Shown here piece by piece: positions 17,905 to 26,971 of a stretch of 64,000 bases of DNA (positions are counted from its first letter, which is position 1; every line of letters begins with the position of its first letter). The DNA comes from Candidatus Woesearchaeota archaeon (lineage in GTDB: Archaea > Nanobdellota > Nanobdellia > SCGC-AAA011-G17 > GW2011-AR18), in assembly GCA_964497265.1 (NCBI GenBank), contig CAZCCK010000002.1, positions 20,614 to 84,613 of the forward strand. The letters run 5' to 3'. Below the pieces are notes generated by a model. That model made no database searches. It was not told the DNA's origin and saw only the letters and a program-made list of their open reading frames with translations. A program made the translations under genes and the position numbers.

Positions 17905-18909
17905 CTAAAGCAATCTGACTTCGTTTTTAAGTGTTTCGGATTCGTAGAGGGCAAGAATGGTTTTTAGGGTTTTTAAGCCATCTTCTCCTGTAACGCGAGG
18001 AGGCCTATTTTCTTGGATGGCTAAGGTAAAATCTTGAATTTGTTGTTTGATGTGCCCCTTTTTAAAGTGGCTTCTTGTTTTAAGAGAGTCGAGTAAGCTT
18101 AATTTTGTTTGCAAGAGAGTAAAGAAGTGTACGGTTTTATTTTTAGTGAGGATTGCTGATCCTTTTTCTCCGTGAATTTCTAATCTGTCATTAAGTTGGT
18201 TAGGCAGAGTTGTGCTTGCTTCAAAGGTAGCCAGAGCTCCGTTTTTAAATTTGAGAAGCCCGACTAAGGTATCTTCAACTTCCATTTTGTAAGCGTGTCC
18301 GGCTTTGGCGTAGACAGATTCTACGTCTCCTAATAAGTAGAGCAAAAGATCGAAATGGTGGATGGCTTGAACGATTAAAACACCTCCGCCAGCAGTGGCT
18401 AGATTTTTTCTCCATCCTCCAGAAGCGTCGTAGTACTCTTTTTTTCTTGACCATTTTACAGAAGCGTTACTTAAGAAAATTTTTCCAAAAAGTCCTTTAT
18501 CTAGAAGTTTTTTTAGTTCAAGTACTGCTTCGTCAAAGCGGTATTGAGAGATAACACTAAGTTTTACATTGTGTTGTTTGCAAGCGTGAATGAGTTGTTC
18601 TGCTTTCTTTACAGAGATGTCGATTGGTTTTTCTACCAGAACGTGCTTACCTGCTTTTGCTGCTTGAATTCCTAAGTCTGCATGGGTATTGTTTGCGGTG
18701 ACGATGTCTACGGCGTTTATTTCAGGGTTAGCTAATAATTCAGTGTAGTCCGTATAGACGTGAGGGATCTCGTAGCGTTTAGCAAATGCTTCTGCTCTTG
18801 CTCGATCATTACTTCTTATTGCTAAGAGTTTAGTATTTGGAAGGGATTTTAGTGCTTGTGCGTGTTTCTCCGCGATTGATCCTGTTCCGATAAGGGCGAA
18901 ATTTATCAT
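17905..18909 (-). CDS. Gfo/Idh/MocA family NAD(P)-dependent oxidoreductase (sugar or sugar-nucleotide dehydrogenase-like)
   Basis: N-terminal Rossmann motif MINFALIGTGSIAEKHAQAL. Family-typical EKP motif (VLVEKPI). ATGA overlap with the upstream gene. Confidence 0.85.
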   Translation of the reverse strand: MINFALIGTGSIAEKHAQALKSLPNTKLLAIRSNDRARAEAFAKRYEIPHVYTDYTELLANPEINAVDIVTANNTHADLGIQAAKAGKHVLVEKPIDISVKKAEQLIHACKQHNVKLSVISQYRFDEAVLELKKLLDKGLFGKIFLSNASVKWSRKKEYYDASGGWRKNLATAGGGVLIVQAIHHFDLLLYLLGDVESVYAKAGHAYKMEVEDTLVGLLKFKNGALATFEASTTLPNQLNDRLEIHGEKGSAILTKNKTVHFFTLLQTKLSLLDSLKTRSHFKKGHIKQQIQDFTLAIQENRPPRVTGEDGLKTLKTILALYESETLKNEVRLL

Positions 18910-19679
18910 TGTTTCTCCGCGATGACGTAGTAGAGGTGAGAGTAGATATGTTTAATAAATAATGGCATTGGGAATGTTTCAAACAAGTGCATTCCTTTGA
19001 TCCAGGTTGGATATTTTTTTCCCTTCATATATTTAACTGTATTTGCTTGCCATTCCATAGTTTCTACTTTCTCTCCCATCCTGTGGAATTTCATATCTCT
19101 AAATCCGACTGTATCTGGCCAAATTGGGCAGTTCATAACATCTGTTTTTATAATTTTTAATCCGTGTTTTCTTAAAAGTTTTCTTAATTTAGAAGGAAAT
19201 AAAAATAATTTGTCTCCGTGTGTCCAGGGAACATTGTTTATTTTGTGTAAGGTTCTATGGATTGGAGATCCGACATTATATCCATCTACACAAAGAATCA
19301 TTATATACTTGCTTGAAACTCGTTTCATTTCTTGAATAATTTCATTATAATTTGGAAACATAGGTAAGCTGGCGAAGTTCCATACAAAATCATAGGAGTT
19401 ATCTTTTAACGGAAGTTTATTTAGTTCTTTAGTTTTAATTGACTGGGGTTTTAGGTTAAGCTCGGCCCATACTTTAAGTCCGGATTCATGAGGATTGACT
19501 AATCCCACTTCACATCCTGCTTCTCCAAATCCTAAAGAGTAAAGTGAGGGTAGTGCTTTTAGGCCCATTGCGGGAACTTCTAAGACTTTTTGAACGTGAT
19601 ATTTTTTTGCTATTTTTTTTAAAGATTGATTAATTGCGTATCGTTCATAATCCAATTGGAAGGTTTCAGATTCAGCCAT
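18906..19679 (-). CDS. Hypothetical protein (weakly Rossmann/methyltransferase-like)
   Basis: Coupled to the downstream oxidoreductase. VLEVPAMGLKALP has only a weak resemblance to SAM-MTase motif I. No confident assignment. Confidence 0.35.
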   Translation of the reverse strand: MAESETFQLDYERYAINQSLKKIAKKYHVQKVLEVPAMGLKALPSLYSLGFGEAGCEVGLVNPHESGLKVWAELNLKPQSIKTKELNKLPLKDNSYDFVWNFASLPMFPNYNEIIQEMKRVSSKYIMILCVDGYNVGSPIHRTLHKINNVPWTHGDKLFLFPSKLRKLLRKHGLKIIKTDVMNCPIWPDTVGFRDMKFHRMGEKVETMEWQANTVKYMKGKKYPTWIKGMHLFETFPMPLFIKHIYSHLYYVIAEKQ

Positions 19680-19739
19680 AGAAAAAAGAGAAATAAAAGC
19701 TATTTAAAGATTATTAAAAAGAAAAAAAGAAAGTAGAGT

Positions 19740-20471
19740 TTATCCTACTTTACAGCAGAGGGTTCTAAGACTCTCATACAATTTGAAATCTCCAAAGGAA
19801 GGTTCTGCACTCTGAGAGTTAGACCAGCAATATTCCCTATTCCTAGGAGCGGTAAGACCATAACCATAGGACTCGCAGCTTAGCCCTTCAGCAATACCCG
19901 ATCCGATTGGATTACTAATCGTATTGTTTAGCTGTTCCCGAACGCAGGTACGATCAGTAGAAGCGTAATATACAAAGGTAGTATCTCGAAAAATAGTAGA
20001 GCAGGCATAAGGATGTCCGGAGCTATCGAAAATAGAAGCGCATACTTGAGAAGCCGTTTTATCATTAGGTACCCGACGTTCTTCACAGAGGGGTCTAGGG
20101 GAACCTAAGTCACATACACCATTGCGACAAATTTGACTATTACATTGTTTGTTTCCGTAAGGGCATGAGCTGCCTATAGCTAGGTTGGTGGTTACGCATT
20201 TTCCTGGGTAAGCAGGGTCGGCAGTGTAACAAAAGTTTGAGGCGCAGTCTGAGTCTTTGTAGCAAGATGCTCCTATAACTAAGAAGTTTCCTGTTACTGA
20301 TTTGATGCTATTTCCGGTTAGAGTATTTGATGCGCTTGCTAAACTTGCGCCAGTTAAGCTTCCTGTAAGAGCGGTTGTGAAGACAACGACTCCGATTAAT
20401 AATATTAGAACGCCAGCAGTTACCTCTGCGGTTTTGAAATTAGAATTTTGTTGTTTTTCTACTTTTGCCAT
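19740..20471 (-). CDS. Cys-rich secreted / surface protein, paralog A (pilin-like conserved N-terminal helix, 16 Cys, ends in CCKVG)
   Basis: N-terminus MAKVEKQQNSNFKTAEVTAGVLILLIGVVVFTTALTGSLTGASLASASN is identical to that of the 52047..52622 protein. Variable Cys-rich C-terminal domain. Own TATA/(TA)7 promoter and GAGGAG ribosome-binding site. Confidence 0.6.
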   Translation of the reverse strand: MAKVEKQQNSNFKTAEVTAGVLILLIGVVVFTTALTGSLTGASLASASNTLTGNSIKSVTGNFLVIGASCYKDSDCASNFCYTADPAYPGKCVTTNLAIGSSCPYGNKQCNSQICRNGVCDLGSPRPLCEERRVPNDKTASQVCASIFDSSGHPYACSTIFRDTTFVYYASTDRTCVREQLNNTISNPIGSGIAEGLSCESYGYGLTAPRNREYCWSNSQSAEPSFGDFKLYESLRTLCCKVG

Positions 20472-20492
20472 TAAGTATCACTCCTCTTTTAA
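20300..20492. repeat. Dispersed duplicated module, copy A: ribosome-binding site plus first ~57 codons of the Cys-rich protein gene
   Basis: Near-identical at the nucleotide level to 52462..52645 (about 7 substitutions in the ~110-nt core I aligned by eye, plus one small indel). Confidence 0.8.
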
Positions 20493-20520
20493 TTAATTTA
20501 AGAAATAATTTTGATTAAAG

Positions 20521-20537
20521 GTATATATATATATATC
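20521..20537 (-). promoter_or_regulatory. (TA)7 TATA-like tract in the promoter of Cys-rich gene A
   Basis: tatatatatatatat lies about 50 nt upstream of the ATG at 20471, followed by an AT-rich spacer and a GAGGAG ribosome-binding site. Confidence 0.4.
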
Positions 20538-20542
20538 GTTTT

Positions 20543-22003
20543 TTAGATGACGCCTTCCATTGGTTTTGGTGCGCCTACAATTTCAGGTAAAGGAATATCT
20601 CCTCGTTCTTTTCTTTTTTTGATAAAGACTTTAATTCCTAGTTTAATTAGCTGAGATCTCACTCTAACATAAGGAGCGTATTTAATCAAACTCTTATCTA
20701 CAACATCTGCGATTGCTCGAAAGGGTCGATTTGCTTTGTAAACTTCATAGCCAAAGGAATCGCGGATTTCTTTTAGTTCTTGAACAGTAAAGTTAGGGTG
20801 GATCATGTTTGAATCTTGAAAGTAAGAAGTGGAATATTCGTCAGCTAACCAACCATTTTTCTTACAAAGATCGTAAAGAGGTGTTCCAGGTAGAGCAGTG
20901 AAAATAGAACAACCTAGATAATCTGGATTTATTTTTCTATTTAGTTCAACAGTCATTTGAATATCATCTCGAGTTTCGTAAGGTAAACCAATCATGTTAA
21001 AAGCGTAAGTTTGGATTCCCGCTTCTCGTGCCCATTTAAAAGTTTGAATAATTTCTTCGTCAGTCATATCACGTTCAAGGAGTTCATTGCGTAATTTAGG
21101 GCTTCCACATTCAACACCCATATTGACACGCACACAGCCAGCGTGAGCTAGGTGCATAAAAATTTCTTTTGTGACGCAGTTAACGCGTGCGTTTACATAG
21201 AAAGGAACTTTGCCTACAGCCTCTGGATATTTTTTAGAGAATTCTTTGACGCGGGTAAAGTTTAAAGTAAAGGTATCGTCATTGAAGCCCACTTCTTTGA
21301 CGTGGTATTTATCTACAACCCCTTTGATTTCTGCGATAATCTTATCTACCGATTTGTAACGAACGAATGATCCTTGTCCTTTGTAGATTTCTTTTTGTCT
21401 ACGATTAATGCAATAAGTGCAAGGATAGGGACATCCTCGGGTTGAGACAAATGTTGCTGTTCCGTTATGCCAGTCTACGTAACGTTGGTAGTCAAAGATC
21501 GTTCGATCAGGAATGGGTAATTCGTCGAGGTTAGGTAAAGGTCTTTGGGGATTAGAGATAATTTTTCCATTTTCTTTAAACCAGATGTTAAGAATATTAG
21601 TTTTCTTCTCTCCTTTAGAGATCATATCAGCGACTTCTGCGATTGCTAGGTCTCCTTCTCCAACACAGACCATGTCTACGTTTTTTTGATCAAGTACTTC
21701 GTTAGGGGCCATCGTTGCATGGTAGCCGCCAACAACTACAGGAGCAGAAGGGTATTTTGTTTTGATCATATCGATAATGTGCATGCCGTATTTGAAATCG
21801 TTGGTAGCTACGGTAATGCAGAGCATTTCTGGGTTAAAGGCGGAAGCTTGTTTAACAATTTCTTCGTCAGTAATTCCCCAGGTTGTGTCAATTAAAGAAA
21901 CTTCATGTCCATTTTGTTTGAGCATTGCGCTGACGCAAGCTAAACCCATAGAGATGTCTTTAGGAGTTTCGATAATGTTTGGATAAATGAGTAGTACTCG
22001 CAT
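20543..22003 (-). CDS. B12-binding (class B) radical SAM protein
   Basis: N-terminal B12-binding-like domain (MRVLLIYPN...). Radical SAM motif STRGCPYPCTYCIN. Paralog of 14193..15662. Confidence 0.85.
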   Translation of the reverse strand: MRVLLIYPNIIETPKDISMGLACVSAMLKQNGHEVSLIDTTWGITDEEIVKQASAFNPEMLCITVATNDFKYGMHIIDMIKTKYPSAPVVVGGYHATMAPNEVLDQKNVDMVCVGEGDLAIAEVADMISKGEKKTNILNIWFKENGKIISNPQRPLPNLDELPIPDRTIFDYQRYVDWHNGTATFVSTRGCPYPCTYCINRRQKEIYKGQGSFVRYKSVDKIIAEIKGVVDKYHVKEVGFNDDTFTLNFTRVKEFSKKYPEAVGKVPFYVNARVNCVTKEIFMHLAHAGCVRVNMGVECGSPKLRNELLERDMTDEEIIQTFKWAREAGIQTYAFNMIGLPYETRDDIQMTVELNRKINPDYLGCSIFTALPGTPLYDLCKKNGWLADEYSTSYFQDSNMIHPNFTVQELKEIRDSFGYEVYKANRPFRAIADVVDKSLIKYAPYVRVRSQLIKLGIKVFIKKRKERGDIPLPEIVGAPKPMEGVI

Positions 22004-22117
22004 CAGATTTGTCTTCTTTTGAGCTATTTAAAGTTTTTTGTTAAAAGAAAAAGTATATGGGCCGCTAAGGAAATTTTTACACAAAATCTTTATAAACTAA
22101 TTGCCTTTAGGGTTCCT
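22004..22117. promoter_or_regulatory. Divergent promoter region between the B12-rSAM (minus) and SPASM-rSAM (plus) genes
   Basis: 114-bp AT-rich spacer with two TATA-like elements (tatttaaag; ctttataaact) facing opposite directions. Confidence 0.35.
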
Positions 22118-23293
22118 ATGCCTCCACTATCTACTATTCCGAAGTTTATTGGATATAAATTGGCGAATAAAGGGTTTTTAAAAAAGACTCCTAAACCGTA
22201 TCAGATTACGTTCTCGGTTACAACAGCATGTCAATCTTTGTGTAAGAGTTGTAATATTGGATTAGTGTATCAGAAAAATCCAGCGGTAGCGAAAAATGAT
22301 TTAACAATTGAAGAAATAGAAAAGATGTTTAAAAGTATTGGCCCGGTTTACTTTTTTAATATCAGCGGAGGAGAGCCTTATCTGAGGACAGATTTACCAA
22401 AGATTGTGGAATTAGCATGTAAGTACCTAAAACCCAGGGTGATTCATACTCCTACAAATGCGTTGATGCCTGCTCTGATTGAAAAGAAAACCAGAGAAAT
22501 AATGGAAATTATAAAAAGATATGATCCGTCTGTTCCTTATACAATTAAGCCTTCTTTTGATGGAGTCGGAGCAAAGCATGATGAATTAAGAGGAGTTAAA
22601 GGAAATTTTGAAAAATTAGTTGAAACCTATAAGCGATTAAAGGTTTTACAAAAAGATTTTCCTAATTTGCATGTAGGTTTAGGAACGGTAATTTCTAAAA
22701 ATAATTTAGATACGATCAAAGAGACAGTGGATTACGCCTTAAGTTTAGAACCAGATACGTATATCAATGAAGTTGCTGAAGAACGAAGTGAGATGTTTAA
22801 TACTTCTTCAATTACTCCGAGCGCGGAAGAGTATAAGAAAGCTACTGATTATTTTTCTCAGGAAGTTGCAAAAAAGATGAAGGGTAAGTCCGGGTTATCT
22901 AGGATTACGCAGGCTTTTAGATTAGTCTATTATGATTTAACCGTTAATATTTTAAAAACTAAGACACAGGTTATTCCTTGTTTTGCAGGTACTGTTTCTG
23001 CGCATATTAATGCGCAAGGGCAGGTCTGGGTGTGTTCTATTCTAGCATACGATAAGCCTATGGGCAATATTAGAGAGGCTAATTATGATTTTTATAAGAT
23101 TTGGCATTCAGAGCAGGCTCAAAAAGCAAGGGAATCTGTAAGAAGGAAAGAGTGCGCCTGTCCTATGGCGAATGCTTCTTATTATAATATGATGATGGAT
23201 CCTCCTTCAATGTTAAAGGCGATAAAATATTTCTTATTTCCAGAGAGTTATAAAAGAAATACTCAAACTGAAGATAAAAGTAAGTCGCAATAG
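22118..23293 (+). CDS. Radical SAM / SPASM-domain protein
   Basis: TACQSLCKSC (CxxxCxxC). ISGGEPYLR and SFDGVGAKHDELRG motifs. C-terminal Cys cluster (CFAGT...VWVCS...ECACP). The track start 22019 is TTG and only 15 nt from the divergent gene; the first ATG is 22118. Confidence 0.8.
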   Translation: MPPLSTIPKFIGYKLANKGFLKKTPKPYQITFSVTTACQSLCKSCNIGLVYQKNPAVAKNDLTIEEIEKMFKSIGPVYFFNISGGEPYLRTDLPKIVELACKYLKPRVIHTPTNALMPALIEKKTREIMEIIKRYDPSVPYTIKPSFDGVGAKHDELRGVKGNFEKLVETYKRLKVLQKDFPNLHVGLGTVISKNNLDTIKETVDYALSLEPDTYINEVAEERSEMFNTSSITPSAEEYKKATDYFSQEVAKKMKGKSGLSRITQAFRLVYYDLTVNILKTKTQVIPCFAGTVSAHINAQGQVWVCSILAYDKPMGNIREANYDFYKIWHSEQAQKARESVRRKECACPMANASYYNMMMDPPSMLKAIKYFLFPESYKRNTQTEDKSKSQ

Positions 23294-24354
23294 TTTTTCC
23301 AGCTGTATTTTGATTTTTCTTCTTGAATATTTTTAGAGAATTTATCTTTTTTCTTTTCCTTATAGAAAGTAAGAATAGCGTCAGCTAGAGCTTTAGGGTT
23401 TTTAGGTGGAACAACAAAGCCAGTCTTATCATGGAGAACAATTTCGTTAAATCCGCCTACGTTTGTGCAGAGAACAGGAGTGTTATAGTGATAAGCTAAT
23501 TGAATGATTCCCGATTGTGTCCCAGAAACATAGGGCAAGATGACAAGGTCTGCTTGTTTGAAATAGCCCCCAACTTCTTCTTTGGGAATGTAATGGTCAA
23601 CAAAGGTAATGTGTTCTTTTAAGTGCAGTTGGTCAACCTGTTTTAGATATTCTTCTTTATTTTCCCAGAATTCTCCGGCGATAACCAAATGAACTTCTTT
23701 TTCTTTAAGGATAAGAGGCATTGCTTCTAAAAGGTAACGTAATCCTTTGTAAGGTCGAACGTATCCAAAAAAGAGAAGCCTGTTTTTTTTCAATTGAGGA
23801 AGCGGTAAAGAGCGTGCTTCTGGATAGGTATCATAAAGAGGATGAAAAGATTGGATAATACGAACATGAGGAGCGAGAGTGATTAAATTTTCTTTGTCAG
23901 TTTGAGAATGGACTAAAGCGAGGTCAACCGAATTGAAAAAGAGCTTAGAGAGTAACAAGTCTAAAGGTGTTTTTTCGTGAGGTAAGACATTGTGACATAA
24001 AACAACTACTTTAGCTTTTGAAGATTTTTTAATGATTTTCAAGAGAGGAAGAAAAACAGGCGTGCTAAGAGGGCTAACCCAAGGAAAGATGATAAGGTCG
24101 GGATTAAAGTTTTTTATTTTCTCACCCGCTTTTCTCCAACTGAGAGGATTTGCGTAATGTAAGAAAAATTCAGAATTTGCAAAGGGTTCTAAACGTGAAT
24201 CAAAATTGTTTTTTACAATGAAGGAGGGATATTGTTTTTTCCAACTCAAGATTTGAAGAGTGTGGTTTTTTCCAAGTTCTTGGAGTAAAGCAGCGTTGAA
24301 TTCTGAGTTTCCACCCTTATAGGGAGGAACCAGACCAAGGAGAGTAATTTTCAT
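23263..24354 (-). CDS. GT4 family glycosyltransferase
   Basis: GT-B fold. C-terminal E-x7-E region (ILPYVSGTQSGIIQLAYHYNTPVLCTNVGGFNEIV). Confidence 0.8.
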   Translation of the reverse strand: MKITLLGLVPPYKGGNSEFNAALLQELGKNHTLQILSWKKQYPSFIVKNNFDSRLEPFANSEFFLHYANPLSWRKAGEKIKNFNPDLIIFPWVSPLSTPVFLPLLKIIKKSSKAKVVVLCHNVLPHEKTPLDLLLSKLFFNSVDLALVHSQTDKENLITLAPHVRIIQSFHPLYDTYPEARSLPLPQLKKNRLLFFGYVRPYKGLRYLLEAMPLILKEKEVHLVIAGEFWENKEEYLKQVDQLHLKEHITFVDHYIPKEEVGGYFKQADLVILPYVSGTQSGIIQLAYHYNTPVLCTNVGGFNEIVLHDKTGFVVPPKNPKALADAILTFYKEKKKDKFSKNIQEEKSKYSWKNYCDLLLSSV

Positions 24355-24395
24355 GGACTAGAAACTATAAGAAGTTATTTAAACATATCTTCAAA

Positions 24396-25952
24396 ATGAA
24401 AAAGATGGATAAATCTAATGCCGCATTAGAAAAAATCGCGCACGGAACTGTTCTTGTTTTTGCAGGGATTCTTATTTCAAAAATTTTGGGATATGCGTAT
24501 CGTTTGATTACTGCCCGTTTTGGAGCTTCAGAATACGGATTACTTTCAGTGGGACTTGCCTTATTTAACGTACTTTCTATCACTGCAATGTTAGGGTTAA
24601 ATCAGGGAGTGTTAAGGTATGTTTCTTTTTATAGAACAAAAAAAGATGAGGAGCGAGTAAAGGGTGTCATTTTTTCATCGCTATTTTTTTCAGCCTTAGC
24701 GAGTATTTTTTTAGGAATTTTAACGTACTTATTTGCGGATAAAATAGCGATACTGTATTTTCACGAGCCTCGATTAGGGGTTGTTTTTAAGATTCTTGCG
24801 ATTGCTATTCCATTTGATGTTTTAAAAAATGTGTTATTTAATGGTGTTCGAGCGTTTGAAAACGTGACGTATGAGATTTATACAAGGAATGGTTTTGAGA
24901 CATTAGCGAAAGTTGTTTTTACCCTAGTATTCCTGCTTATAGGATGGAAATTGCTAGGCGCGACTTTAGCATTTACTTTCTCTTTGATCGCTTCGTTTGT
25001 TTTAGCGGTTTATTACAGTAAAAAGGTATTTAGTTTTAAAAAAGAGATAAAACCAAGATTCTTAAATAAAGAATTGTTGAATTATTCTATTCCTTTAGTC
25101 GTTAACAATTTGACCATTCTCGTACTTTTATGGGCGGATACATTATTAATCGGCCATTTTAGAACCGCGCAAGAAGTTGGAATATATAATGCGGCGGGCC
25201 CCACAGCCGCGCTAATGTATCTTTTCCCTCAAGCGATTCTCGCTCTATTCTTACCGGTTCTAACCGGATTGTATGCTCAAGAAAACAAGGATGAATTTAG
25301 AAGGGCGTATTTGATAACCACAAAATGGATTTCGATTGCAAATGTGGCATTGTTTGGTGCTTTCATTTTAATGTCGAAAGAAATCTTAGTTCTTTTTTTT
25401 GGAAAAGAGTACGCATCTGGAAGTCTTGCCCTGATTATTCTTTCTAGTGGGTATTTAGTGTATTATTTAGCGCTAGTTTCGAATAATATTCTTCTGATCT
25501 ATGAACGAACAAAAACGATTTTAGTTTCATCGGCAATAGGTTCTATTTTAAATATTGTCTTAAACATTATTCTTACTCCAAGGTATGGAATTGTGGGAGC
25601 AGCAATTTCTACTTCTATTTCTTATATTATTGTTAGTGTAATCTTATTCGTTATTACAAACAGATTAACGAAAGTAAATATTTTTGATAAATATTTTTGG
25701 AAGATTTTCCTAGCGGGCGTATTGAGTTTAGGGGTAAGCTATATCCTTAACAGTTATCTGAGTATTTTAGGGATAAAAAAGCTTATTGTGTTATCTGTTA
25801 CATTTTCTTTTATTTATGGCCTACTTCTACTGCTCTTACGAGTAGTGCAAGAAGCAGATCTTATTATGATTCGAGAAGTAGGAAAGAGGACTAAAATAAA
25901 CACGCTAAAAATTGAACGATTTTTAGAAAAATATCAGTCAGATAAGATTTAA
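24396..25952 (+). CDS. MOP-superfamily oligosaccharide flippase (Wzx/AglR-like)
   Basis: About 14 TM helices with the polysaccharide-biosynthesis-protein architecture. A TATA-like box lies 12-20 nt upstream of the ATG. Confidence 0.7.
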   Translation: MKKMDKSNAALEKIAHGTVLVFAGILISKILGYAYRLITARFGASEYGLLSVGLALFNVLSITAMLGLNQGVLRYVSFYRTKKDEERVKGVIFSSLFFSALASIFLGILTYLFADKIAILYFHEPRLGVVFKILAIAIPFDVLKNVLFNGVRAFENVTYEIYTRNGFETLAKVVFTLVFLLIGWKLLGATLAFTFSLIASFVLAVYYSKKVFSFKKEIKPRFLNKELLNYSIPLVVNNLTILVLLWADTLLIGHFRTAQEVGIYNAAGPTAALMYLFPQAILALFLPVLTGLYAQENKDEFRRAYLITTKWISIANVALFGAFILMSKEILVLFFGKEYASGSLALIILSSGYLVYYLALVSNNILLIYERTKTILVSSAIGSILNIVLNIILTPRYGIVGAAISTSISYIIVSVILFVITNRLTKVNIFDKYFWKIFLAGVLSLGVSYILNSYLSILGIKKLIVLSVTFSFIYGLLLLLLRVVQEADLIMIREVGKRTKINTLKIERFLEKYQSDKI

Positions 25953-25978
25953 ATACTTTCCATCAGTTTTTTGTTTTT

Positions 25979-26971
25979 ATGGAAGTAACCTTTCTGTATA
26001 ATGCGCCGCATAAAGTTCATGCGGAATGGGCGCGATCCGTGAATGCTTTCTTTGTAAAGGATCGGGTAAAGGAGAATGGTATTCAGAATTTTTCTCGTCT
26101 TTTCAAGTCTTTAGATACTCTAAAAAAGATACCTCCAGGCACAGAAGTGTTGTTATGTGAAGGAGGGTCTCAGATTTTTTCTGGTGCGTTATGGAAAGTG
26201 TTTCATCCAAAGAAAAAATTAGTGCTAATTGTTTCAGATCCGAAGATGTATTATTTGCATAAGATGAATTTTATAAAGAAATTTTTTAACATTTTAGCGT
26301 TAAGGAGATTTGATCTGTTCATCCCTACATCTCCTTTGATGGCTTCTCTAATTCCTAAAGGATTGAAAGGTGAGAGAGTTATAGTTTATCCTTTTTTTGA
26401 GAGGGAAAGGTTTAAAGGGAAGGGGGGAAATCTAAAAAGCCACAATATTATTTTTGCAGCTCGAACATGTAAAGAGAAAGGATCGGATTTATTAGTCGAC
26501 TTATTTGTAGATCTTAAGAAAGAGTTCGAGGATACTAAGCTTTTTTTCTTAGGTATAAGTTCTTATATTCCAGGACAAGGAGATTTAAGAAAGGAGTTAG
26601 AAGAGAGAAGGTTAAAAGATGTTTATTTCGAGGGGTTAGTTAAGGATCCAGAATTGTTTATGCAGAATTGTTCGTTATATGTTTCTCTTGCTAGAATCGA
26701 ACCAGCAGGCGTGTCGATTTTGGAAGCAATGTATCTTGGTCTTGTTCCAGTAGTTTCAAGGGGAACAGGAAACAGCTATATTGTAAAAGAGATAGCCGAG
26801 GAGTTAGTAGTTGCTGATAAAGAAGAAGCGCGTCGTTTAATAAAGAGGCTTTGGACTAGTCCTCGCTTATTAAAGACTTATTCACAAAGAGGAAAGAAGA
26901 TTTCTAAAGGGTATACAAAACAAGGAAGTGTTAAGTTGTTTGGGCAAGCGATGGGTTTGGCCGCAAAATAA
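25979..26971 (+). CDS. GT4-like glycosyltransferase
   Basis: C-terminal GT-B domain motif VSLARIEPAGVSILEAMYLGLVPVVSRGTGNSYIV. Confidence 0.55.
   Translation: MEVTFLYNAPHKVHAEWARSVNAFFVKDRVKENGIQNFSRLFKSLDTLKKIPPGTEVLLCEGGSQIFSGALWKVFHPKKKLVLIVSDPKMYYLHKMNFIKKFFNILALRRFDLFIPTSPLMASLIPKGLKGERVIVYPFFERERFKGKGGNLKSHNIIFAARTCKEKGSDLLVDLFVDLKKEFEDTKLFFLGISSYIPGQGDLRKELEERRLKDVYFEGLVKDPELFMQNCSLYVSLARIEPAGVSILEAMYLGLVPVVSRGTGNSYIVKEIAEELVVADKEEARRLIKRLWTSPRLLKTYSQRGKKISKGYTKQGSVKLFGQAMGLAAK

Noticed and set aside
19740-22003. B12-rSAM plus downstream Cys-rich protein as a classical RiPP precursor/maturase pair
   Set aside because: The 'precursor' is 191-243 aa, has its own promoter, and its conserved N-terminus is a hydrophobic membrane helix rather than a leader peptide. 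I kept it only as a minor alternative under the rSAM finding.
14193-23293. Radical SAM genes as a viperin-like antiviral defence system
   Set aside because: The proteins have B12-binding or SPASM auxiliary domains and lengths of 360-490 aa. They are embedded in glycosylation genes and have none of the usual defence-island neighbours.
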